This document shows, one piece after another, positions 54,715 through 63,483 of a stretch of 64,000 nt of DNA. The first letter of the stretch is position 1, and every line of letters begins with the position of its first letter. The DNA is taken from IMG/VR virus record IMGVR_UViG_3300045988_174509. One strand, given 5' to 3'. Under the pieces are notes generated by a model. The model was not told the DNA's origin. It was given only the letters and a program-made list of their open reading frames with translations, and did no database searches. Source of the stretch: a virus. A program made the position numbers and the translations under genes.

Positions 54715-55914
54715 ATGCTTAACGATATTGCGTTAACACCTACTCCTTCTGATCCGGCTATTTCTAATCTGGTCCAGGGCATCTTTACCTCTACGGAGCA
54801 AATTGTCCAGGACCAGATGCCTCAGTCTAGCGAGGTACCCCAGGGAGTGATTCCTGAAAATCAGAACTATGTCCCGAATGATTCTACTCCTAGTCCAACG
54901 CCAGTTGAAGATGAAAACTCGGAGCCCGAGAATGAAAACCCGAATCCTGATGAGGATGGAAAAAAGGATGACGAGGAGGAAACGAAGGGGGATGTAGAGA
55001 AGGAAAAAGAAAAGGAGAAGAACGACTCCGAGCAGAAGCAGACTCTGGCCATGGCCAAGAAGTTTGCCCAGATGCGGAAAGACCTCTCCTCCTACAAGAC
55101 GACTGTCAAGGAGCTCCAGGAAAAGATTGCCCAGCTGGAAGCTGATGGAGCTGGAGCCGAAGGTCTTGACGAACTGAAGGCCCAGAACGAAAAGCTCTCT
55201 GCGGTGGTCAATTCCTTTGCCTTTACCCAGACGGAAGAATACCAGAAGGAAGTAACTAACCCGTACAACAAGGCTCAGGACAAGCTGATGAAGCTGGCTG
55301 AAGCCAACGGGATGGAGCTCACCTATGACTCCCTGAACCAGATAGCCACGAATCCGGATTTCGATGAAATGGATCGCCAGGAAGCCTACGAAGACCTTGC
55401 CCGGGATGCCGGGATGGGTGATCTGGATGTCTCCCGGTTTTCCAACTACGCGATGCTTCGGGACCGCGCTGTCCAGAAGCACCTTGCCATGTCGGTCAAA
55501 GCCGAGGAGTACAAGAAGGAATTCCTGGAGAAGCTCGGTGATGGAAAAGTCAAGCCGTATGAGGTCAATCTGGATAACTACACCCAGAAGCACATCCAGG
55601 ATCGGGCAAAGGAGCTGGGACTCTCCGGCGAGGTGACGGAAGAGACGGTGAAAGCCGCCCGCCATTTGGCTCATAAGATAGACAATAGTGCGTTTATGGA
55701 CGCAGTTCTGCTGTCTAAGGCCCTGGAAGAGATGGCCGAGCTGAAGGAGCAGAACAAGAGTCTTCATGCCAAGATCACCAAGCTTCGCGGTGCCAATCCT
55801 TCTCCGGGAACGGGCAATCCGAAGGGGGCTCCTCCCCCCAGCAAGCCCAAGCTTGAAGAGACGTTGAAGACAGCTGGCGATGTCGTTGACGCTTTTCTTA
55901 GCGGGCAAATTTAA
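54715..55914 (+). CDS. scaffolding protein (candidate)
   Basis: 399 aa with an acidic N-terminal half and long K/E coiled coils. It lies immediately upstream of the capsid gene and is followed by a strong terminator. Confidence 0.5.
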   Translation: MLNDIALTPTPSDPAISNLVQGIFTSTEQIVQDQMPQSSEVPQGVIPENQNYVPNDSTPSPTPVEDENSEPENENPNPDEDGKKDDEEETKGDVEKEKEKEKNDSEQKQTLAMAKKFAQMRKDLSSYKTTVKELQEKIAQLEADGAGAEGLDELKAQNEKLSAVVNSFAFTQTEEYQKEVTNPYNKAQDKLMKLAEANGMELTYDSLNQIATNPDFDEMDRQEAYEDLARDAGMGDLDVSRFSNYAMLRDRAVQKHLAMSVKAEEYKKEFLEKLGDGKVKPYEVNLDNYTQKHIQDRAKELGLSGEVTEETVKAARHLAHKIDNSAFMDAVLLSKALEEMAELKEQNKSLHAKITKLRGANPSPGTGNPKGAPPPSKPKLEETLKTAGDVVDAFLSGQI

Positions 55915-55940
55915 AAAGTGTTGACAGCACTCTAAAAAAA

Positions 55941-55985
55941 GGGTACAACCGTTTTATCAAATAGCGGTTGTACCCTTTTGCTTTT
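55941..55985 (+). terminator. rho-independent terminator after scaffold gene
   Basis: gggtacaaccg-ttttatcaaata-gcggttgtaccc then ttttgctttt. Confidence 0.65.
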
Positions 55986-56112
55986 CCTCCGCGAGCCCCC
56001 TTTTTTATTTGGATGTGTATAGAGGTCTTCCATCCTGGCCGAAAAACCTTTTCTTTTTCTTTCCGTCGGGACCTTTTCTTTCCTCTTTAACTTTCATTTT
56101 ACATTCAAATCT

Positions 56113-57378
56113 ATGGCTCAAAATCCCAGTGAATTGGACGCAATCAATCTGCGTCTGACTACGATGACCAACCTCATCCAGGAAAAGATGTATGCGAATT
56201 TTATTCGCCGCTCTCCCTGGAACGTGGCAATGCTGAACTCCGCTGAATGGGTTGATGGTATCGGTGATACGGGGCGTACCAACGTCTTCCAGCCGACCTA
56301 CATGAACCCGGACTGGCAGAACGTCCAGCTTAGTTCTCTGTCCACCGATCCTGCCCTGAACGTCAATGCTACTGGCGGCCAGGAATATTCCTTCTCCCGC
56401 CAGATTGTCCGTCTGAGCTCCGAGCTCATTGACGTGACTCGTCTGCGTCAGGCTTGGCAGTATGGCGATCAGCTCAAGAACATTGTTGAACAGCTTATCC
56501 GCAACGTCGGCAATGTCTGGTCCGAACGGTATCGTAAGCAGTACCTTGACTGTGCTTCCTACAAGATCATCCCCACGGCTAACGGTCTCTTCGGTATGGA
56601 CCTGACCAATGGGGATATTACGACCATGCCGGAAATCCGTCCGGCGGCGGCTCTGAACTCTGCCATTATGGACCAGATGTACGAACTGCTTGAGTTTGAA
56701 TCCGCGCAGGAATCCTCCGCAGGCTCTGCCAACGGTGCTCCGGTTTACCTCTGCATTACGTCCCGCAACACGATTGACTTCATCCTTCAGGGTGATGGCA
56801 ATATCCGTCAGGACTACCGCTTCGCGGAAGCTACCTGGGGCCAGAAGGAATCCACCCTGATGAACCAGTATGGTCTTCAGAAGGTTTATCGTGGGTTCTC
56901 CTACCTGATGGACCCGATGAACCCGCGCTACGACTTTGTGGAATCCAATCCGGCAGGCCAGAAGTGGGTGCGCATCGAACCCTATATCAAACAGCCTGCG
57001 ACCACGGGCTTCCGCTATGTGCAGAATCCGGCTTACACGAACGCACCCTATGAAGATACCTATATCTTCGTCAAGGACGTGTACCGCAACTTGGTTCCCC
57101 GTCCGGTGTCTTCCGTCGGTCAGGCCAAGTTCAACCCGGAAACCTTCGGTGGTGAAGTGCGCTGGATCAACAACGCGGACATGAACGCGAACTTCCTGGG
57201 AACCCAGGGCTTCTTTGTGGCTTCCCTGTCCAACGGTGCCCAGCCCATTCAGCCCCGTCACGGTATTGTGATCCGTCACATTCGTACCCGGTTCAACGTG
57301 GCCCTGGTGGGTGCTGACGGCAAGCCTGTCGGCTCTCTGCTGACGACTCCGGCCAACGTGGCTGTTGCTGGTCTGTAA
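56113..57378 (+). CDS. major capsid protein (candidate, HK97-like size)
   Basis: 421 aa, bracketed by terminators 55941-55985 and 57400-57440, which suggests a monocistronic, highly expressed gene after the scaffold. Confidence 0.55.
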   Translation: MAQNPSELDAINLRLTTMTNLIQEKMYANFIRRSPWNVAMLNSAEWVDGIGDTGRTNVFQPTYMNPDWQNVQLSSLSTDPALNVNATGGQEYSFSRQIVRLSSELIDVTRLRQAWQYGDQLKNIVEQLIRNVGNVWSERYRKQYLDCASYKIIPTANGLFGMDLTNGDITTMPEIRPAAALNSAIMDQMYELLEFESAQESSAGSANGAPVYLCITSRNTIDFILQGDGNIRQDYRFAEATWGQKESTLMNQYGLQKVYRGFSYLMDPMNPRYDFVESNPAGQKWVRIEPYIKQPATTGFRYVQNPAYTNAPYEDTYIFVKDVYRNLVPRPVSSVGQAKFNPETFGGEVRWINNADMNANFLGTQGFFVASLSNGAQPIQPRHGIVIRHIRTRFNVALVGADGKPVGSLLTTPANVAVAGL

Positions 57379-57399
57379 CCCTCACAAACAATCAACCCA

Positions 57400-57440
57400 G
57401 GGGCAGGTAGGGCAAATCCTGCCTGCCCCATTTTTATTAT
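57400..57440 (+). terminator. rho-independent terminator after capsid gene
   Basis: ggggcagg...cctgcccc with a 14-nt loop, then atttttatt. Confidence 0.55.
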
Positions 57441-57753
57441 GAAATTTTCTATTCCATTTGATACTGAAACCTTTGGCAATGTAGCCCCTGGTGAAACCGT
57501 AACCGTGACGGGTGAAGCCGTGCTTTCTGATGACGGAAATGTTCTTGAGCTTGTCTCTGTTGAGGGAGTCCCCTTTGAGGAGGACGACCACGATGATGAC
57601 GAGGATGAGGATGATGACGAAAAGAAGAAAGAGAAAAAGAAGGAGAAGAAGGAAGAAAAGGAAGAGCGGAAAGAAGAACGCACCCTGGAAAAGGACGTAG
57701 CCAGAGCTGAAGAAGCGACGGACGCGATGGGGGTGCTTAACGCCATGCTTTAA
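57439..57753 (+). CDS. highly charged low-complexity protein (acidic DE-run followed by KE-run)
   Basis: 104 aa with a DDHDDDEDEDDDEKKKEKKKEKKEEKEERKEER segment. Confidence 0.4.
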   Translation: MKFSIPFDTETFGNVAPGETVTVTGEAVLSDDGNVLELVSVEGVPFEEDDHDDDEDEDDDEKKKEKKKEKKEEKEERKEERTLEKDVARAEEATDAMGVLNAML

Positions 57754-57759
57754 ACGACC

Positions 57760-58317
57760 ATGCCTCAGACCATTACTTTTCCCACTACTTCCCCTGTCTC
57801 CGTGATTCCCGGAGATGTTGTAACCGTATCCACGGCTACCGGGTCTTTCCTTGTGCATATCTCTTGCGACAAGCCTTCCAGTATTCTGTTCCAGGATGCT
57901 GATGCTGGTGTGCTGGCCCATGGCGATATTGCCAATGGCGACTTCATTGTCACTCTTCCCAAGGCCAACTCCAACGTGGTTGTCGATAGCTATACCTCTG
58001 CTACCATCACCCTTGCGGCAGTGGCTGTTCCGGATTCCGGGATTAAGGATGTCCCTATTTTAGGGCCTACTGGAGAATTGGGAGCCTTTTCTCCGGGTTC
58101 ACTGTATCAAGTGAACATTCAGTCCAAGTCTCCCTACACCTGCATCCTCTACAGCATGCCGAACACCGGGGATGAGCCTCTGGGTACCTTCCCCGTAGTG
58201 CATGGAGATGTTATTTCCTTGCCTGCTCCGAAAGTTACGGGCAGACTTGTTTCCGCTGATGCGGACGCTACTGTCTGTCTCCAGCTCGTTATTACCAACC
58301 CTAAAGCTGTTTCCTAA
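57760..58317 (+). CDS. hypothetical virion protein
   Basis: 185-aa ORF, beta-rich composition. Confidence 0.4.
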   Translation: MPQTITFPTTSPVSVIPGDVVTVSTATGSFLVHISCDKPSSILFQDADAGVLAHGDIANGDFIVTLPKANSNVVVDSYTSATITLAAVAVPDSGIKDVPILGPTGELGAFSPGSLYQVNIQSKSPYTCILYSMPNTGDEPLGTFPVVHGDVISLPAPKVTGRLVSADADATVCLQLVITNPKAVS

Positions 58318-58320
58318 TTT

Positions 58321-59298
58321 ATGGCTATTCAAATTCCTATTGCAACTCTTGCTAATCCGGTCCTCCTTCAAACGGACACGATCTATCAGGTCACTGACCT
58401 CACGGCTAGTACCTCCTATGACTTCGTGCTGACCGAAGACTCCGGCAAGTTCCTTCATGTCACCATCGCCAAGGAAGAAGCGATGACTACTATCCTGTTT
58501 GACCATGATCCGGCCAACGGGACTGTGCTTGACTTCCTCAATCCTGCGGGTTCCACCTCGGTCTTCCTCAAGGTCACCGCAGTAACGGGTGCCAGCCCGT
58601 ATCTAGTGATGAAGGCTACCGCCGCTGTCACGGATACTCCCCTTGTTGTCCCCGCCTTTCCGGGCAAATGGTACAAGAAGGATGGCCTGACGGCTGGCAA
58701 GGTGTACGAAGTCAAGGTTTCCTCTGAGGTTCCCGTCACGATCTTCTCCGGTTTCAGTGCGGCATTTAACCTGAATGCCCTCCAATACAATCCGGTGCAG
58801 ACCTTGCAGACTGGCTCCTTCCTGGTAACCGCTACTGCGGCCAACATGTGGCTGTACGTCGATGGTGCTGATCCTGCCAACATTTCTGTGACGGAAGCTG
58901 TCCCGGTTGTGGGTATGCAACCTGTCCAGGTTACTCTGTTCACTCAGACAGGTGCCACCGTCAACATTCCGGCAGGTTCCCCTGCGGGTATCTACCGATT
59001 GGACTTTGTGGCAAACGATCCTGCCGATGCTACTACGTTTGATGCCAAGGTAGAACTGCAAATGGTTCCTCTGATGTCAGAAGGGACTGGAAAGCTGGCC
59101 GCAGGTTTTGGGCCGGTTCAGCCTGCGAATGGTCGAATCTTTACGGGCAACAGCCTGCGAGGCATGGCCATCTTCCGAGTCCCGGATAAACAAACCTCTC
59201 CTCTTGCGGTAGCTTCCTACACCAAGGGCACTACGGGTACTGGCACTCAGATTAACGGGGCCTTTGCGGTTTCCTACATTGGTAACCTCTCCGCCTAA
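58321..59298 (+). CDS. hypothetical virion protein
   Basis: 325-aa ORF, Thr/Val/Ala-rich beta composition. Confidence 0.45.
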   Translation: MAIQIPIATLANPVLLQTDTIYQVTDLTASTSYDFVLTEDSGKFLHVTIAKEEAMTTILFDHDPANGTVLDFLNPAGSTSVFLKVTAVTGASPYLVMKATAAVTDTPLVVPAFPGKWYKKDGLTAGKVYEVKVSSEVPVTIFSGFSAAFNLNALQYNPVQTLQTGSFLVTATAANMWLYVDGADPANISVTEAVPVVGMQPVQVTLFTQTGATVNIPAGSPAGIYRLDFVANDPADATTFDAKVELQMVPLMSEGTGKLAAGFGPVQPANGRIFTGNSLRGMAIFRVPDKQTSPLAVASYTKGTTGTGTQINGAFAVSYIGNLSA

Positions 59299-59350
59299 CT
59301 TACCGGGGCCAGGGTAACTCCTGGCCCCCTATCCCTTTCCTTTACTGAAT

Positions 59351-61444
59351 ATGGCTCTTTCTTTTACAGACTATACGTTGGGGACTCCCATCACGCCTAA
59401 TGTTAATTACAAGGTGGCCCTGTCCAAAGCTGGCGACCATGCTTACCTTCTTACCAGTGCCATTGCGGAGGCTACTCTTCAACTGACGCTGACGGCTCCT
59501 ACTGATGAGGAGTGGAGCAATGTTGAAACCTATGTGGCTAATGGTCCCATTGCTGGCCGCATCTTCCCGCTCAGTGCCAATACCTATTATTTCCGTGTGG
59601 TTGGGCCACCTTCCCTGGCCTATGATTCTACGCTGGCTATTAAGGATTTGGATTTAGAATGGCCTACGGACATTACTCCGACGGCAATTCCTACGGATGG
59701 AACTCCGATTACTTCCGGTTTCTATTCTCTGGATGCTCTTTCTCTTGAGGTTGGAAAGTTCCATTCCTTTTCCATTGTCCCGGCCAAGTCGGGGAATCTG
59801 GTAGGGAAGCATGAGACCAGCGACCAGCATCGGTTTGTGGCGACGATTTTTGGCGTGGATGCCCAGGGTTTCCCGGTAAGCCACATGACCAGCTTTGCCA
59901 ATATGGAGCAGAGCATTTTCAACTTTGATACGGCCAAGGCCATTCTGCACTTGTCTGCGCCGGAGAGTGCCGAGTTCAATTATACCTGCTCTATCGCGTC
60001 TTTTAGCTCAGGCTCCGGAGATTCACTTACGCCCTCTTCGGATGCCAACATTACGGGGGCGTGGAGCTTTACCAACATCACTGTTCCCACTCCTACCCAG
60101 GCCGGGGAGGCGGCGAACAAATCGTATGTGGACAATGCGGTTTCCGGTATAGGAGCCAATTTTGTTACTCTGGATACGGAGCAAACGATTTCTGGTAACA
60201 AGACCTTTACTGGGAGAGTTATGAAAACGGGAAGCCCTTTAGTCTCTAGTGACCTTACGAACAAACTATACGTGGATGGCCAGATTGCTCCTACGGTAAA
60301 GAATGTTGGAAACCAGAATGTTGCCGGGGTTAAAACTTTTACCAACGGCGTTACCATGGCTGATGAAGCTCCGCTGACTTTTGGCGTTGGTGCCGATGCC
60401 GTTAAGTTCCATGGCACGGGTGCCGGGATGTCGGTAATTGAAGGAGGGACCGGAGCACACCTGGATGTGGCGGTTTCTACTACCTTTCAGGAGCCGACTG
60501 TGTTTCAGGATGCCACTTCTTTCTCTACAATGATTAAAGCAGAGAAAGGCATATCCTTTGGAATCACATCCGGAAGCTCAGCGATGGAAACTCTTATGGA
60601 GCAGAACCATCCGACTGTGCCCTCATATGGCTGTAAGTGGACCTATACTGCCAACAACGGTTACTACCAGCTTGTTCAGAGAAACAATATTGTTTGGGTG
60701 ACTTTTGACCCTACTGGGAATGTCTGGTTCCGAAAGAATTTTGAAGTTCAAGGACCTGCGACTTTCACTCAAGGTGTTACCATGGGTCAGACTTTGAATG
60801 TGGCAGGACTGGTTACTTTTACTGGGGACTTAGCGATGGCTGAGGATAAGCTCATTTATTTGAGTGCCCTGGTTAATATGGGAGCAATTTCTGGTGGTTC
60901 CGTATCCTTAAACGGAGGTCCTACAGGAAAGTTCAATACTAATCTGGCGATAGAAACGTCGCAGGGCATTAAAGCTTCAGGTAAAATATCCGCCAATGGA
61001 GGTCTTGAAACTACTGGGACGACTTCTCTTGGAGGCGGTTTGTCAGACCTAACTACCATAAATGGGACTTTGACGGTAACAGGAAGGATAACAGCCAGTG
61101 AGGGTATTACACTTCCTGAAGGGCTTGATATTATGTTCGGGAGTTCTGCAAGCATTTATTCGGACTCTTCTTCAAATATCATGATTGAAGGTTCTGCCGC
61201 AGGAAGAACTTTATTGAATCAAGCTCTCCGGTTTCCAACTGATTCGGTTTTTGACCCCACCACTGGGGTGAACATTGCAACGGGTGATGCAAGGTACCTG
61301 AAGTTCATCTCTACAACCAAGGCGGCTTATGACGCTTTGACTCCCAAGGATTCCGGGACTGTTTATTTCCTCTCGGATACGACTCCCCCATCCTGGGCCA
61401 TTGGAGACAAGAACATAGTAACCGCAGATTTTCCAGCCTCTTAA
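59351..61444 (+). CDS. tail fibre-like protein
   Basis: 697 aa. The C-terminal half has short repeats of GxxTFTGxxxxxG beta-helix-like segments (TFTGRVMKTG, TFTNGVTMAD, TFTQGVTMGQ, TFTGDLAMAE, TLTVTGRITA). Confidence 0.5.
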   Translation: MALSFTDYTLGTPITPNVNYKVALSKAGDHAYLLTSAIAEATLQLTLTAPTDEEWSNVETYVANGPIAGRIFPLSANTYYFRVVGPPSLAYDSTLAIKDLDLEWPTDITPTAIPTDGTPITSGFYSLDALSLEVGKFHSFSIVPAKSGNLVGKHETSDQHRFVATIFGVDAQGFPVSHMTSFANMEQSIFNFDTAKAILHLSAPESAEFNYTCSIASFSSGSGDSLTPSSDANITGAWSFTNITVPTPTQAGEAANKSYVDNAVSGIGANFVTLDTEQTISGNKTFTGRVMKTGSPLVSSDLTNKLYVDGQIAPTVKNVGNQNVAGVKTFTNGVTMADEAPLTFGVGADAVKFHGTGAGMSVIEGGTGAHLDVAVSTTFQEPTVFQDATSFSTMIKAEKGISFGITSGSSAMETLMEQNHPTVPSYGCKWTYTANNGYYQLVQRNNIVWVTFDPTGNVWFRKNFEVQGPATFTQGVTMGQTLNVAGLVTFTGDLAMAEDKLIYLSALVNMGAISGGSVSLNGGPTGKFNTNLAIETSQGIKASGKISANGGLETTGTTSLGGGLSDLTTINGTLTVTGRITASEGITLPEGLDIMFGSSASIYSDSSSNIMIEGSAAGRTLLNQALRFPTDSVFDPTTGVNIATGDARYLKFISTTKAAYDALTPKDSGTVYFLSDTTPPSWAIGDKNIVTADFPAS

Positions 61445-61535
61445 TTAGTCATGCTATCCGATGATTTATTATTGACTTTAAAAGGACTAGGCGTTAGGCT
61501 GAGTCCTATAGCCCCCCCCTGATAACGAAGAAACT

Positions 61536-61967
61536 ATGTACTTTCAAACTGCAACTTTACTAGCGGATTCCGCTAATTCCACTCCGATTCTCACCCTGCC
61601 CGCCGATGCTCCTACGGGAGTTTATGAGGTAGCTTTTGGCATGGCTAATCTGCCTGGAACCATTACGGCTTATAACCAGGGAACAGGTTCCACTAGACCG
61701 GAAACCATTCTCTTTTTAGAGCAGGCCAACATGCCTATGCTGGACCAATCCTTGGGGTTGGGCTTTGAAATAGTTCCCTGGGTTTATTCCAAGGCTACGG
61801 GAACAAGTACCTTTACTCTTGGTTCCGGAGCCAAAGTAGGCAGGCTTTCTGCATTTTTCCTCCATACCAAGGGCGAAGAAACCCAGCTTGTAAGCCGCGC
61901 TTCCAGCGCAGGACAGTTTGTTGCAGGCGGTTTAACTTCAAGAGTCGTCATCAAACAGATTGCTTGA
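61536..61967 (+). CDS. small protein, paralog A (ends VIKQIA)
   Basis: 143 aa. It is paralogous to 62326..62838: both begin MY(F/L).. and end V(V)I(K/Q)QIA. Confidence 0.45.
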   Translation: MYFQTATLLADSANSTPILTLPADAPTGVYEVAFGMANLPGTITAYNQGTGSTRPETILFLEQANMPMLDQSLGLGFEIVPWVYSKATGTSTFTLGSGAKVGRLSAFFLHTKGEETQLVSRASSAGQFVAGGLTSRVVIKQIA

Positions 61968-61969
61968 GT

Positions 61970-62329
61970 ATGTTCCTCCGTGTAGTATTTAACGACCCAG
62001 GAGATTTTACCCGGGCTTCCATTAGAGTCCTGGGTCCTAAGCCCGATAACTGGAGCAAGCCGGATGCAATAGAGGTTTCCGAGCTTACGGCCACCCAGAA
62101 GAAGGCTTTTAATTCCCTGGTGAACCTTTTCAAGGAAAAAGGAGAGCCCTGGGTAGCCTCCCAATGCTGGGTTTATCCCGCCACGGACCGTAGTGTGGAA
62201 CCCGAAGTCCCCGCTATTGAGCTCATTTTAGAAGCCAAGCATGATGAGACAGGAGCCATTACTACGTTTCCCGGAGTAATTCTGTCTGATTCAGCTTATG
62301 TCAAACTTTTCAACGCCCTCGTCAAATGA
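61970..62329 (+). CDS. hypothetical protein
   Basis: The track start is TTG 61964; the ATG is at 61970. Confidence 0.4.
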   Translation: MFLRVVFNDPGDFTRASIRVLGPKPDNWSKPDAIEVSELTATQKKAFNSLVNLFKEKGEPWVASQCWVYPATDRSVEPEVPAIELILEAKHDETGAITTFPGVILSDSAYVKLFNALVK

Positions 62330-62838
62330 ACCTGAATGAATGGATGCAAGCGCATCCTGATTTATTTTCTTCCTCCCCCCCCCCCCCCCCTTCACCTCTT
62401 CAAAATATGTACCTAATAACTAAAGATGTTATTGCAGAATCCAGTACCGCCTCTAAGAGAATTCAAATTCCCGCAGAGGCCCCCAGTGGTGTATACACTA
62501 CTTCGTTGATGTCCCTTTATAATTTAAACCCTATACAAATCCGGGCATACAACCAGGGTAAGAGTGGGACCTGGGATTTAACCCTCAGTATTTTACATCA
62601 GACCAACCTTCCAATATTACAAAGTAATGGAATGGTAAGTTTCAGTGTCTGGTTCTATGACCAGAATGATGATAGTATCTTTTTGGGCCTTGAAGGCGGC
62701 GCACAACTAGGGCGTTTCCCGATGTTTGTTAAGCATGTGACAGGAACTCCTACGGACTTCTTCAGACTCGAAAATGGGACTGAAGAATGGACACCTGAAG
62801 GAAATATTAACTCAGTTGTAATTCAACAGATTGCATAG
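62326..62838 (+). CDS. small protein, paralog B, with in-frame C16 tract encoding Pro5 near the N-terminus
   Basis: ATGA overlap with the previous gene. The C16 run at 62375-62390 is in frame (SSPPPPPSPL). The paralog-like core begins at the internal ATG 62406 (MYLITKDV). Confidence 0.45.
   Translation: MNLNEWMQAHPDLFSSSPPPPPSPLQNMYLITKDVIAESSTASKRIQIPAEAPSGVYTTSLMSLYNLNPIQIRAYNQGKSGTWDLTLSILHQTNLPILQSNGMVSFSVWFYDQNDDSIFLGLEGGAQLGRFPMFVKHVTGTPTDFFRLENGTEEWTPEGNINSVVIQQIA
62375..62390 (+). repeat. C16 homopolymer tract (in-frame Pro5 of ORF 62326..62838; 16 nt upstream of internal ATG 62406)
   Basis: Counted directly: 16 consecutive C. Confidence 0.8.
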
Positions 62839-62903
62839 ACTTATGGCTAAAAAAGGTAAAGGAAAAGGCCGCGGTTGCGGCAAGTAAGTAGGTAATCAAT
62901 TTC

Positions 62904-62942
62904 CGGAGGGCTCGCAAAAAAGTGCGGGCCCTCCGTTTTTTT
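62904..62942 (+). terminator. rho-independent terminator
   Basis: cggagggc-16 nt loop-gccctccg followed by T7. The next promoter starts 2 nt later. Confidence 0.6.
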
Positions 62943-62943
62943 G

Positions 62944-62971
62944 TTGACAATCCCGTTCAGTGTGGTCTTAT
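62944..62971 (+). promoter_or_regulatory. sigma70-like promoter TTGACA-N13-TGgTCTTAT
   Basis: Directly after terminator 62904-62942, upstream of ATG 62978. Confidence 0.4.
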
Positions 62972-62977
62972 GAGGCC

Positions 62978-63457
62978 ATGTCTGATACATGCAACAAAAA
63001 TATGACGGAATCATTTGAGTCGGTTAATATAGCAATTGCCCTTCATAAGGTATTAAGTGAAGAATGGTTGTTTGCAAAACACGTAAAAACCGGGTGGATT
63101 ATTGGGCTTAATAAATCTTTTAAGGAGATTCGGGATATGCTTTCCGATAGTCTTCCAAATAGTCTTCCAACTGGTCTTTGCGTTATGTCTAAGAGTCTAA
63201 CTGAAGGTTCTCTTAATACTGAATTTAAATTTTATCAGCAAGACTCCTGTGATGAAAACTGGGTTGGTTATAATGAGAATGTTTTCTATAGGTTGGACCC
63301 ATGTGATTGTCTCTATCTTCTTACTGCTGGTTCTGAGGTTGCTTATGAATACAAAACAGCCAATGGCGAAGTAGTCCGAGTAGATAAGAGAATTCTTGAT
63401 GAAAAGGGTCTTTCTCCTGGAGCCTTGAATACCAAATGGAGGAGAATCCAAGGATAA
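62978..63457 (+). CDS. hypothetical protein
   Basis: The track start is GTG 62960. The ATG at 62978 follows promoter 62944-62971. Confidence 0.35.
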   Translation: MSDTCNKNMTESFESVNIAIALHKVLSEEWLFAKHVKTGWIIGLNKSFKEIRDMLSDSLPNSLPTGLCVMSKSLTEGSLNTEFKFYQQDSCDENWVGYNENVFYRLDPCDCLYLLTAGSEVAYEYKTANGEVVRVDKRILDEKGLSPGALNTKWRRIQG

Positions 63458-63483
63458 GATAAAAATTTGAACCTAATACTAAT

